Source of the DNA: Methanomassiliicoccaceae archaeon
GTDB taxonomy: Archaea > Thermoplasmatota > Thermoplasmata > Methanomassiliicoccales > Methanomassiliicoccaceae
Assembly: GCA_040776945.1 (NCBI GenBank)
Contig: JAXGZN010000001.1
Span: 896,001-960,000 of the forward strand
Length of the DNA stretch: 64,000 nucleotides
Direction of reading: 5' to 3'
The notes under the pieces were generated by a model. The model saw only the letters and a program-made list of their open reading frames with translations. It ran no database searches and was not told where the DNA came from. Made by a program: the position numbers and the translations under genes. Of this stretch, positions 1-8,973 are shown one piece after another (positions within the stretch are counted from its first letter, which is position 1; every line of letters starts with the position of its first letter).

Positions 1-481
1 GCTGGTCAGTGAACTTTGTGTGGTTCAGCGCGGACGCCACAGTGTCATCGTTCACATTACTGAACTTAGCTCCCATGTCCAGAAGCAGCGTGTAGTTGTC
101 ACTGCTGGGATCGGCCATCGCTTCTGCGATCCACTGGTTCGCAAGTGAGTTCGCTTTCAGGAAGGCCTTGACGACGTCAGGGTTGTTCTGGGCGAACGAA
201 TTGCTGGCAATGATCACGCAGCAAGGATGGTCTGGCCAGATCTCATTGGACCAGTACAGCACATGTGCGTTCCCGGACATGATGGCCTGTGAGCAGTATG
301 GTTCCCAGGCCACTCCCCCCGCGATGCTGCCTTGAGCGATGCCGTCGGCCTGCAATCTAGGAGCGACGGTCGTGAACTTTACCGTCTTTTCCGTTGAAGA
401 CGGCATCATCGACCACGCTAGGACCGCGACCACAACGACAGCGACCACTGCAACAGCGGCGATAATGTGATTTCTCTTCAT
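1..481 (-). CDS. ABC transporter substrate-binding protein, NrtA/SsuA/CmpA (NMT1-like) family; 3' end outside the window
   Basis: Absent from the ORF track because it runs off the edge. Manual translation from ATG 481 (SD AGGTG upstream): MKRNHIIAAVAVVAVVVVAVLAW (membrane anchor)...GGVAWEPY...EIWPDHPCCVI, the WEP and WPxHPCC motifs of this family. Confidence 0.85.
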   Translation of the reverse strand, partial: MKRNHIIAAVAVVAVVVVAVLAWSMMPSSTEKTVKFTTVAPRLQADGIAQGSIAGGVAWEPYCSQAIMSGNAHVLYWSNEIWPDHPCCVIIASNSFAQNNPDVVKAFLKANSLANQWIAEAMADPSSDNYTLLLDMGAKFSNVNDDTVASALNHTKFTDQ

Positions 482-667
482 CAGAGCACCTACTACGCCT
501 ACCGCAGTGATGATATAAATGAATTATGGATAGTTAGGTATATTCTAACCCAATTGTATAAGTTATTACGCTCGATTATACTTATGGCATCACATGAGCT
601 GAGCGCGCCTTTTACCAGTGTTTCCGATCGAACCTTATCAAAATCATTCGCTAAAATAACTAAACAA

Positions 668-686
668 AAAAAGCTATTAGCTTTTT
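668..686. promoter_or_regulatory. Perfect 19-bp palindrome AAAAAGCTA-T-TAGCTTTTT, candidate operator
   Basis: Read directly; lies 22 bp upstream of the HTH regulator start, in an AT-rich divergent promoter region. Confidence 0.55.
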
Positions 687-708
687 CAACAATTGGCGCG
701 AGACGCCC

Positions 709-1170
709 ATGTTCGAGCTTAACGTCGAGAGCAATACCCCCCTCACGCCGCTGAAGGACGTGAACGACATAGCGCTGCAGTTCCTCACCCATATCGGATA
801 TCTGCCCAAGGGCTACAATCCCAAGACCAATGTGATCGATACCCTGGACAGCGTTCCGTACCGCCTGTTCATGGAGTGCTTCATGCGCAACATGAAGAGG
901 GCATGGGTGGTGGACGAGCTGGCCGCCCACCTTGATACCACGAAGCCGACCATCTACCGGCACTTGAACAAGCTAAAGGCCATCGACATCCTGGAAGAGG
1001 TCGAGGCAGAGCGGGATGGCGTGATGAAGAAAGGCTATCGCATCCGCTACGGTGACCTGAGGAAGGCGTGGAGCTTCACCGAGGCCAATGTCGAGATGGC
1101 CATGCAGAACTACCGCCTGACGGTGGAACACTTCCAGAAGCTGATCGAAGAGGAGACGAGATGGCAATGA
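709..1170 (+). CDS. Winged-helix (ArsR/TrmB-like) transcriptional regulator
   Basis: HTH VDELAAHLDTTKPTIYRHLNKLKAIDILEEV followed by a wing (KKGYRIR). Confidence 0.8.
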   Translation: MFELNVESNTPLTPLKDVNDIALQFLTHIGYLPKGYNPKTNVIDTLDSVPYRLFMECFMRNMKRAWVVDELAAHLDTTKPTIYRHLNKLKAIDILEEVEAERDGVMKKGYRIRYGDLRKAWSFTEANVEMAMQNYRLTVEHFQKLIEEETRWQ

Positions 1171-1445
1171 AGGAGATCGAAGAGCTGATTACCATCGGCT
1201 CGAGATACAGGATAGCCAGCATCTACACCAAGGACAGGCCGATGATGTCGATCGGGGAGTTCCGAGGCTACGCTGCGTTCTCCAACGAGACCGCGCTCGT
1301 GCTGAAGCTGGATGGCTCGGAAGGGCAGGAAGAAGGACAGATACGGTTCCTGCCGTACCATGCTATCGTCTCCATAGACGTTCTGGAACTGGCCCCGAAG
1401 AAGAAGCAGGAGCAGAAGGACGATAACCGGGTCTATTACCGGTAG
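1161..1445 (+). CDS. Small beta-rich hypothetical protein (possible Sm/SH3-like barrel) with a charged linker and C-terminal VYYR
   Basis: SD GAGGAG before ATG 1161 (alternative ATG 1167); overlaps the upstream stop. The ORF-track extension to 1068 lies inside the HTH gene. Confidence 0.75.
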   Translation: MAMKEIEELITIGSRYRIASIYTKDRPMMSIGEFRGYAAFSNETALVLKLDGSEGQEEGQIRFLPYHAIVSIDVLELAPKKKQEQKDDNRVYYR

Positions 1446-1459
1446 TTCAAGGGTGACGT

Positions 1460-3001
1460 TTGAGCTACCACGAGGACCTCGTCCGCTTGATGCTGGACGG
1501 GGAGGTCAAGGACAAGGACGCCCTCCAGCGGGCCAAGATCGAGCTATGCCGCAGGTATGGTTTGGTCAAGGTGCCGCCGAACTCGGAGACCCTGGCCATG
1601 GTCGCCCCTGGAGATCTGGCCAAGGTAAAGGAGATCTTGCGGCGGAAGCCCGTGCGCACATTGTCCGGCGTCGCGGTGGTCGCGGTGATGACCTCACCGG
1701 CTCCATGTCCCCATGGAAAGTGCATCTTCTGTCCAGGAGGAGTAGAGAACGATTCCCCCCAATCATACACGGGCAAGGAGCCGGCGGCGCGCCGGGGGGC
1801 GTCCTTCGGCTTCGACCCGTATGAGCAGGTCAGGGGTCGCATCGAGCAGCTGGAGGCCATCGGCCACGGGACGGACAAGATAGACCTGATAATCATGGGC
1901 GGCACCTTCACCTCCCGTCCGATGGAGTACCAGACGAGCTTCGTGCAGCGCTGCTTCGATGCCATGAACCAATCCTCGTCCATCACGCTGGAGGACGCTC
2001 AGGCCAGGAACGAGAGCGCCCCGCACCGATGTGTCGGTATGACCGTGGAGACCCGGCCGGACATGATGGCCAATGAACAGGTAGCCACGGCCATGGGTCT
2101 GGGCATGACCAGGGTGGAGATGGGGGTACAGGTCCTGGACGATGAGATATTACGGGCCGTGAACCGGGGCCACGGGCTGCAGGAGGTGATCGACGCCACC
2201 GCGGTCGCGAAGCGCGCCGGGCTCAAGGTGTGCTATCATCTCATGCCTGGCCTTCCCGGCTCCTCTCCGACGAAGGACCTGGACAGCTTCCGCAGGGTGT
2301 TCGAGGACCCCGACTTCCGGCCGGACATGCTGAAGTTGTACCCCACGTTGGTGGTCAAGGGCACGAAACTGTACGAGATGTGGCAGCACGGGGAATATAG
2401 GCCGTACACCACCGAGGAGGCCGTTGGGCTCATGGCCGAGATGAAGGAACTTGTCCCGCCATGGGCCCGCATCCAGAGGATACAAAGGGACATCCCGGTG
2501 CCGCTTATCGAGGCGGGAGTGGACAAAGGCCATCTTCGGGATATGATCAAGGAGAGGATGCGCGCCCGGGGACGCGAGTGCCGATGCATCCGTTGCCGGG
2601 AGGTCGGCCTCAAGGGAGTGAGGACGTACGATCCCGACGACGTCGAGCTGAAGGAAGAGACCTACCAGGCGTCGGGAGGGACCGAGCGCTTCATATCCTT
2701 CGAGCTGCCGGGGGAAGATGCCTTGATAGGCTATGCCCGTCTCCGGACGGGCGACGGTCCCGAGGCGATCCTTCGCGAGCTGAAGGTCTTCGGTCGCATG
2801 GTCCCTCTCCGCCGGCAGGACGGGGGCTTCCAGCACCGCGGTTTCGGGAAGGAGCTGGTGGCCCGGGCGGAGGACATCGCCACAGGAGAGGGGTGCGCCG
2901 CCATAAGGATCACCAGCGGGGTGGGGGTCCGAGAGTACTACCGCTCGCTCGGGTACGCTCGCGACGGTGTGTACATGTCCAAGTCACTTGGCCGCCCATA
3001 G
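1460..3001 (+). CDS. elp3: Elp3 tRNA U34 carboxymethyltransferase (radical SAM + KAT domains)
   Basis: RTLSGVAVVAVM, CPHGKCIFCPGG, PQSYTG, MGGTF, RIQRDIP, RELKVFG, QHRGFGKEL, SGVGVREYYR; TTG start after SD GGGTGA. Confidence 0.96.
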   Translation: MSYHEDLVRLMLDGEVKDKDALQRAKIELCRRYGLVKVPPNSETLAMVAPGDLAKVKEILRRKPVRTLSGVAVVAVMTSPAPCPHGKCIFCPGGVENDSPQSYTGKEPAARRGASFGFDPYEQVRGRIEQLEAIGHGTDKIDLIIMGGTFTSRPMEYQTSFVQRCFDAMNQSSSITLEDAQARNESAPHRCVGMTVETRPDMMANEQVATAMGLGMTRVEMGVQVLDDEILRAVNRGHGLQEVIDATAVAKRAGLKVCYHLMPGLPGSSPTKDLDSFRRVFEDPDFRPDMLKLYPTLVVKGTKLYEMWQHGEYRPYTTEEAVGLMAEMKELVPPWARIQRIQRDIPVPLIEAGVDKGHLRDMIKERMRARGRECRCIRCREVGLKGVRTYDPDDVELKEETYQASGGTERFISFELPGEDALIGYARLRTGDGPEAILRELKVFGRMVPLRRQDGGFQHRGFGKELVARAEDIATGEGCAAIRITSGVGVREYYRSLGYARDGVYMSKSLGRP

Positions 3002-3009
3002 GTGGCAGC

Positions 3010-3348
3010 CTATCTGCCATGACATGCTGCCTTCCATTCACTTTCGTCCTCCTCGTGTCCTACGCGGCGGCCAATGGACAATGGTCGCCGACAGGCCGCC
3101 TCTCGTGATAATGGATATGCCCGGCCTTCATGTTCCTCTTCAGGCGCTTCACGGTGCCGTTGACGCCGAGGGCCTCGATGAGCTTGGTGAACGCCCTTCC
3201 CCGAACCATTGTCCAGCCTGATGCTGGGCAAGGCAGATCGTCCACTCTCACCATCCCCGGGCCGCGTTACGCCAGCACTCATGCATCCTGCATTGTTCCA
3301 TGCTTGAGCGGCCATCGTTCCGGCGGCCTGCGCAGGAAGCATCCTCAC
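3010..3348 (-). pseudogene. Probable frameshifted remnant of a DUF3795-like Cys-rich protein
   Basis: Fragments in two frames (WNNAGCMSAG; LPCP...RGRAFTKLIEALGVNGTVKRLKRNMKAGHIHYHERRPVGDH; EEDESEWKAACHGR) resemble, from recall, the pattern FPC...RIRAF...LERNEKAGIVYH...GDYD...EEEI...HG; most cysteines are lost. Confidence 0.4.
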
Positions 3349-3513
3349 CGTACGTAAAAGAAGACCGGCCGCCTTACGCTGGTATGCAAGGCCTGTCCCC
3401 TCCCGTTCTGAGTGCCCGCAGGACGAGATCGTACCTCATACGCTCGATCATCCCTAGCGGTGCTCTCGTTCTCTAGCGTCCAGGACCTTTGCTGGATGAG
3501 GATGGAGGCGATG

Positions 3514-3527
3514 AAAAAAAATCTAAA
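3514..3527 (-). terminator. Oligo(U) terminator of the PRC-barrel gene
   Basis: Minus strand reads TTTTAGATTTTTTTT about 40 bp after the stop codon. Confidence 0.55.
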
Positions 3528-3562
3528 ATGGATCGTGACGGGGCGGATGCCCCGGAAGGATT

Positions 3563-3808
3563 TCAAGCGTTGGAGACCGACATCACGACGACATCGCGCA
3601 CCGCGCGCATCTCGCTGAACGGCAGGACCAGGCGGCCTTGGGCGTCGGTCTTGTACAGCCGGGTCTCTACTTCCTCGGCCGGGACCACCAGAACGTTCTG
3701 TATGTCTCCGGAGGCGGTGTTCACCAAGAAGTTCTCGATCATCCCAAGGATCTGCCCGTCGTTGGTCATGACGGTCTTTCCCTTCAGTTCAGTAATGAAT
3801 TTTCTCAT
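3563..3808 (-). CDS. PRC-barrel domain protein
   Basis: LKGKTVMTNDGQILGMIENF...TASGDI...LPFSEMRAVRDVVV; SD GGAGGGTG. Confidence 0.9.
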   Translation of the reverse strand: MRKFITELKGKTVMTNDGQILGMIENFLVNTASGDIQNVLVVPAEEVETRLYKTDAQGRLVLPFSEMRAVRDVVVMSVSNA

Positions 3809-4048
3809 CCCAGCACCCTCCTATGAACATTGGTTCAGACTGGTGGAGGCAACAGGTTGAGAATATTTTAAATTATCGCGTTCCACTTTATTTTTCGCCA
3901 GCATCGGTCGGGGCCCCGCGGCTATCGGCCATGCCTCCGAGCCTCGCCGCCCGGTCCTGGCGGCCCCGCGGTTCCCAGAGCATCGAAGCGGAAGGCAAGT
4001 GTTTTTAAACGGATCAGATGTTCCATCGCCACAACGGGTTGGTCCGGT

Positions 4049-4654
4049 TTGCTAGGCCGTGAAAAATGGTCTGTACAGGAGAACGGTAGCGCGTTCGTGA
4101 ACATCCTAGGCGATTACCGGTTCATGAGCGAAGGCCACTATGGGAGCGTTGAGGCGGAGATCGCTGGAGTTAAGGTGTACCCCACGATCAAAGAGTCCCT
4201 GGACGCTTACATAGTGCCGCTGTGCATGGAGCGCGCGGAGAGGGCGGGCATACCTGTGCCCGAGCATTATATCTCGAACGACATCTTCGAGCCGCCCTGC
4301 ATAGTCTATCCCATCAACCCGTTCATGAAGCGGCATAGCGTCGTCTACAAGTCGGGACACGTCAAGCGCATCGCCAAGTCGATGACCCGGAACTTCAAGT
4401 ACGCCATATGCGTCCAGAAGATATCGGAGAACGTGGCCATACGCGAATACAAGTGCGTCATGGGCCACACCACCCGTGATGAGGTGCAGGACATCGCGGC
4501 CAAGGTCTGGGACCTCTTTCATCTTCCGATCTGCACCATCAGGGTCATCGAGAACGGCAAGGTCATGCTCAGCGCGATCGAGCCCTGTCCCCTGCAGGAG
4601 CTCGGGTCCAGGGAGCTGAAGCTCCTGAGGAAGGCGAACGAATGGCAGATATAG
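4049..4654 (+). CDS. RimK-like ATP-grasp N-terminal (RLAN) domain protein
   Basis: GDYRFMSEGHYGSVEAE...VYPT matches the RLAN motif (Y-x-Y-x-S-x-G-Y-Y-x-S-x-x-A-E); overlaps the downstream ligase by 13 bp. Start uncertain. Confidence 0.75.
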   Translation: MLGREKWSVQENGSAFVNILGDYRFMSEGHYGSVEAEIAGVKVYPTIKESLDAYIVPLCMERAERAGIPVPEHYISNDIFEPPCIVYPINPFMKRHSVVYKSGHVKRIAKSMTRNFKYAICVQKISENVAIREYKCVMGHTTRDEVQDIAAKVWDLFHLPICTIRVIENGKVMLSAIEPCPLQELGSRELKLLRKANEWQI

Positions 4655-5520
4655 CCTGCTTCGTCGAGCGCTATACCGTCTCCCGGGCCGAGGAGCTTAC
4701 CGCCCTGGTGAACTTCAAGCTCGCCGCCCATGAACTGGGGCATCGCCTGGAGTACGTCTTCCGCAAGGACATCGGGAAAATAACGGACTATGATGCGCTG
4801 TTCATCCGCTCCCTGACCGATCCGCTGAACGCCGCGTACGTCGCTGCCCGGACCGCGGAGCTGCATGGCATGAAGGTCATCGATGACCCTGACTCCATCA
4901 TCATCTGCTGCGACAAGATCAACATGTATATGCACCTGATGCGCGCCCGCGTCCCCATTCCAGATACCAGGTTCATCGGGAAGAGCGAGCTAGACAGGCA
5001 GGCCATGGTCCAGCTCTTCGAGGAGCTTGGCCCCGCCCTGATCCTGAAGGCGCCGCACACCTCGTTCTCCATGCACGTGGACAAGGTAGGTTCGGTCCTC
5101 GAGTTCCAGGAGGTGGCCAGGAGGTATTTCCGGCGGGCGGACGAGATCGTCGTCCAGAGGTTCGTCCCCTCCCGGTTCGACTGGAGGGTGACCACGCTCA
5201 ACGGCGAGGTGCTGTTCGTCTGCAAGTACATCATGCCCGGCAGCTCGTGGAAGATACAGCGCAACGATAACGGGCACATCGTCTGGGCGAAGATCGAGGC
5301 CGTCGACCCGGCAACGGTCGACCCTCGACTACTGGAGATCGGGCTGGATGCGGCCAATGCCATCGGCAAGGGGTTGTACGGAGTCGACATCAAAGAGATC
5401 GATGGCGAGTATGTAGTGATCGAGGTGAACGACAACCCCAACATCGATGCCGGCGGTGAGGACGCGTGCTGCCCCAAGGTATACGAGCGCATTATAAGGT
5501 ACCTAGCCGACGAACAGTGA
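4642..5520 (+). CDS. RimK-family ATP-grasp peptide/amide ligase
   Basis: DALFIR, VIDDPDSIIICCDKI, LILKAP.SFS, FDWRV, GLYGVDIKE, IEVNDNPNID. Confidence 0.9.
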   Translation: MADIACFVERYTVSRAEELTALVNFKLAAHELGHRLEYVFRKDIGKITDYDALFIRSLTDPLNAAYVAARTAELHGMKVIDDPDSIIICCDKINMYMHLMRARVPIPDTRFIGKSELDRQAMVQLFEELGPALILKAPHTSFSMHVDKVGSVLEFQEVARRYFRRADEIVVQRFVPSRFDWRVTTLNGEVLFVCKYIMPGSSWKIQRNDNGHIVWAKIEAVDPATVDPRLLEIGLDAANAIGKGLYGVDIKEIDGEYVVIEVNDNPNIDAGGEDACCPKVYERIIRYLADEQ

Positions 5521-5649
5521 TATTGTCCGGAGGCGGCCTCCGAAGGGAAATTGTCCTCCCGGGACGTTCACCTTCTTAATGGCGTCGGTCCCCGGCCGTC
5601 AAACTGGTCGGTCAGCAGGGCATGGAGCGGCTGGCGAACGCTCGACGCA

Positions 5650-7848
5650 TCACCGGTACACGCCGGGGTCTTTCCACCGCGGGACGATATGGTCCCTGGA
5701 GCGAGAGAACTCCTCGTACCACTTCATGACGTCCTTGCCGCAGGATGGCCTGACGATCTTGAGAGCGGCCTCGAAGTGCCTCATGAGGACCCTGTCAGCT
5801 TCCTTGGACTCCCGCATGGCCATCATCCCGGCCTCGCGGCACAATGCCTCCAGGTCGGCGCCGACGTAGCCGTCGGTCCTAGAGACCACGGCCTCCATAT
5901 CCACCCCGTCCAGCGGCATGTCCTTGGTATTGATGGCTATGATGCTCCTTCTGGCCGCTGCGTCCGGGGCCGGGACCAAGGCCATGCGGTCGAACCGTCC
6001 GGGGCGCAGTAGCGCAGGGTCCACAATGTCCGGGCGGTTGGTAGCGGCCATCACCGTCACGTTCCCAAGGCTCTCGAACCCATCCATTGAGGTCAGGAGC
6101 TGGTTGACGACCCGCTCGGTGACGTTCGAGTCGTTGGCCATCCCCCGGCGGGGAGCGATGGCATCGATCTCATCAAGGAACACGATGGACGGTGCCACCT
6201 GCTTTGCCTTCTTGAAGATCTGCCGGATGGCCTTCTCCGATTCCCCGACCCACTTGGACATTATCTCCGGTCCCTTGACGTTGATGAAGTTGACCCCGCA
6301 CTCGTTGGCCACCGCTCTTGCGAGCAGCGTCTTTCCGGTTCCAGGAGGGCCGTAAAGCAGGACGCCCCTCCCCGGCCTGATCCCCAGGCGGGTGAACGCG
6401 GCGGGGTCCTGCAGCGGCAGCTCGATCATCTCCTTCAGCAGCCTCTTGGTCTCCTCCAGCCCGCCCACGTCGCTCCATGAGACGTTCGGTATCTCCACCG
6501 CCACCTCGCGCATTGCGGAAGGCTCGACCTCCCTAAGGGCATCCCTGAAGTCGTCCTGAGTGACCCGCATGCGCTCGAGCACAGCGGGGGGGACCGGTTT
6601 ATCGAGGTCGAACTCCGGGACATGGCGTCGCAGGCACTTCATGGCCGCCTCCCTGGCCAGAGAGGCCAGGTCCGCGCCTACGTAACCGTGGGTGACGCCC
6701 GCGAGCATGTCCAGGTCCACGTCCTCGGCCAGGGGCATGCCCCTGGTGTGGATCTGCATGATCTCCTTGCGGCCCTTGAGCGTGGGGACCCCGATCTCGA
6801 TCTCACGGTCGAACCTCCCCGGCCGGCGGAGCGCCGGGTCGATGGCATCCTCGCGGTTGGTCGCGCCGATCACTATGACCTGCCCTCTTCCGCCCAGTCC
6901 GTCCATGAGGGTGAGCATCTGCGCGACCACGCGGCGCTCCGTCTCGCCGCTGACCTCCTCGCGCTTGGGAGCGATGGAGTCGATCTCGTCGATGAATACG
7001 ATGGAGGGGGCGGTTTTCTCCGCCTCCTCGAACTTCTCGCGCAGCTTCTCCTCGCTCTGCCCATAATATTTCGACATGATCTCCGGGCCCTGGATCGAGT
7101 AGAAGTTCGCTCCCGACTCGCTCGCCACGGCCTTCGCGATGAGCGTCTTTCCAGTCCCCGGCGGGCCGTACAGCAGGACGCCCTTGGGGGCGTCGATGCC
7201 CAGCCTGTCGAACAGCTCGGGATGCTTCAGGGGCAGTTCTATGATCTCCCTCACCCGCTTGAGCTCGTCCTCCAGCCCGCCCACGTCATCGTAGGTGACA
7301 GCGGTGCTGGTCACCTCCGCGGCGTCCATCGGTTCCGTCTTCACCACGAGCTCGGTGTGCCCTCCGACGACAACGACGCCTCCGGGCTGGGTGCTGATGA
7401 CGATGAACGGGAGGAAGCCTCCCATGAGGGCGATGTTGGGTATGATCATCGCATCCCCCTTGACCAGCGGGCGGTTGGTGAGCCCCTTCTTGAATAGCTC
7501 CTCCACGCCCGGTCCGAAGCGCACTCTCTTACCTGGCGGGATCTTCGGCGCGACGACGACCTTCGCCGCCGGCTGGGTATCGGCCTTGACCACGGTGACC
7601 TTCTCTCCGATGCTCACGCCGGCGTTCGAGCGGATCATGCCGTCGATGGAGATGACCCCCCGGCCCTCGTCCTCGTTGGATGCCCTGAACACCTTGGCCG
7701 CGGTCTTTCGCTTGCCGACTATCTCAATGAAGTCGCCCATATCCACGTTGAGCTCCTTCCTCGTCTGCGTATCGATCCTCGCCCTTCCCAAGCCCACTTC
7801 GGACTGATGCTGGGCGCTCTCAACCTTGAGGACCACGGAGTCCGCCAT
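5650..7848 (-). CDS. cdc48: CDC48/VAT AAA+ ATPase (N domain + two AAA modules), ends PGVYR
   Basis: Two GPPGTGKT Walker A motifs, FIDEID/FLDEID Walker B, two RPGRFD arginine fingers. Start set at ATG 7848 ([17 protein letters not shown]). Confidence 0.96.
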   Translation of the reverse strand: MADSVVLKVESAQHQSEVGLGRARIDTQTRKELNVDMGDFIEIVGKRKTAAKVFRASNEDEGRGVISIDGMIRSNAGVSIGEKVTVVKADTQPAAKVVVAPKIPPGKRVRFGPGVEELFKKGLTNRPLVKGDAMIIPNIALMGGFLPFIVISTQPGGVVVVGGHTELVVKTEPMDAAEVTSTAVTYDDVGGLEDELKRVREIIELPLKHPELFDRLGIDAPKGVLLYGPPGTGKTLIAKAVASESGANFYSIQGPEIMSKYYGQSEEKLREKFEEAEKTAPSIVFIDEIDSIAPKREEVSGETERRVVAQMLTLMDGLGGRGQVIVIGATNREDAIDPALRRPGRFDREIEIGVPTLKGRKEIMQIHTRGMPLAEDVDLDMLAGVTHGYVGADLASLAREAAMKCLRRHVPEFDLDKPVPPAVLERMRVTQDDFRDALREVEPSAMREVAVEIPNVSWSDVGGLEETKRLLKEMIELPLQDPAAFTRLGIRPGRGVLLYGPPGTGKTLLARAVANECGVNFINVKGPEIMSKWVGESEKAIRQIFKKAKQVAPSIVFLDEIDAIAPRRGMANDSNVTERVVNQLLTSMDGFESLGNVTVMAATNRPDIVDPALLRPGRFDRMALVPAPDAAARRSIIAINTKDMPLDGVDMEAVVSRTDGYVGADLEALCREAGMMAMRESKEADRVLMRHFEAALKIVRPSCGKDVMKWYEEFSRSRDHIVPRWKDPGVYR

Positions 7849-7954
7849 TCTACCCTCTATGCGGCCAAAGCGAAAGGACGATAATAAGGCTACTATCCGA
7901 GACTCAGATGAAAGGAGCGAAAGACATTTGCTCCAATCCGCCGTTGGGGTATTC

Positions 7955-8827
7955 ATGGAGTTGGCCCCGAGATGCATCCCCTGCCTGCTGGGACGCGTTC
8001 TCTTCGAGGTGGAGATGTGCGACCCGAGCAAGAGCGCTGCGGCCATGCGCGATTGCATGAAGATTTTGAAGGAAGGATATGTCCCAGGAGCGAACTCCGC
8101 CGAGGTGGCCACCCGGGTCCACGATCGTGCGTATGATCTCCTGGGCTGCGATGACCCATACCATGCTCTTAAGGTCAGGAGCCAGGAGGTTGCCGCGGAA
8201 CTGCTCCCGCGTGCCCAGTTCCTCATCGAATCGTCCCCCGACCGTCTCCGGGCAGCGATGCTGGCAGCTATCGCGGGGAACGTTATGGACTTCGGCATCG
8301 CCGGGTTAAAGGACCCTAACGAGCTCCTTCACCAGTTCGATGCCATCGTGCGCCAGGGCCTGGACGTTGACGATCTCATGAGGGTGCGCGAGCTAATCAT
8401 TGGCGCCTCCAAGGTCCTTTACCTCATGGACAACTGCGGAGAGGATGTGCTGGACGCCCTCCTTGTCCGTGAGATCAAGGCCCTGGGCCCGAAGGTGGTG
8501 GGGGTCGTGAAGGGAAGGCCCGTGCTCACGGACGTCACCATGGAGGACGCCAAGCGCTCGGGGACCATCGACGAGTTCGACGAGGTCATCACCACCGGGA
8601 TGTTCGCCGTGGGCATCGATGTGCATCGCATGGGGGACCGGCTACGCCGTGAGATGGAAGGCGCCGACCTAATAATCTCCAAGGGCATGGCGAACTTCGA
8701 GTCGCTGTCCGATGCTCCATACCGGCCAATAGCGTTCGTCATGAAGGCCAAGTGCCTCCCGGTGGCCGAAGCGGTGAGGGCCAAGGAAGGCGATAATGTC
8801 GTTCGGCTCCTAGAACGGAAATGCTAG
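7955..8827 (+). CDS. DUF89/ARMT1-like damage-control phosphatase
   Basis: N-terminal CIPC, DPY...[34 protein letters not shown]; start ATG 7955. Confidence 0.9.
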   Translation: MELAPRCIPCLLGRVLFEVEMCDPSKSAAAMRDCMKILKEGYVPGANSAEVATRVHDRAYDLLGCDDPYHALKVRSQEVAAELLPRAQFLIESSPDRLRAAMLAAIAGNVMDFGIAGLKDPNELLHQFDAIVRQGLDVDDLMRVRELIIGASKVLYLMDNCGEDVLDALLVREIKALGPKVVGVVKGRPVLTDVTMEDAKRSGTIDEFDEVITTGMFAVGIDVHRMGDRLRREMEGADLIISKGMANFESLSDAPYRPIAFVMKAKCLPVAEAVRAKEGDNVVRLLERKC

Positions 8828-8973
8828 CGGAGACTGGCGGACATCCTATCGGGCCTGAGAGGCAGGGCAACATTTATTATTAGGTCACCTTCCAGTCACA
8901 CCAGCATGTTGGGGCCGAAGGTAAGGGAGAGCGGCGAGAGGAAAGAAATGCTCGTTCCGAGGGCGGTGATGGA

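Noticed and set aside
7849-8298. 150-aa N-terminal extension of Cdc48 in the ORF track, and the matching extension of the DUF89 ORF to 7826
   Set aside because: The extensions overlap the divergent gene, and family homology starts at ATG 7848 and ATG 7955, each with an SD-like motif.
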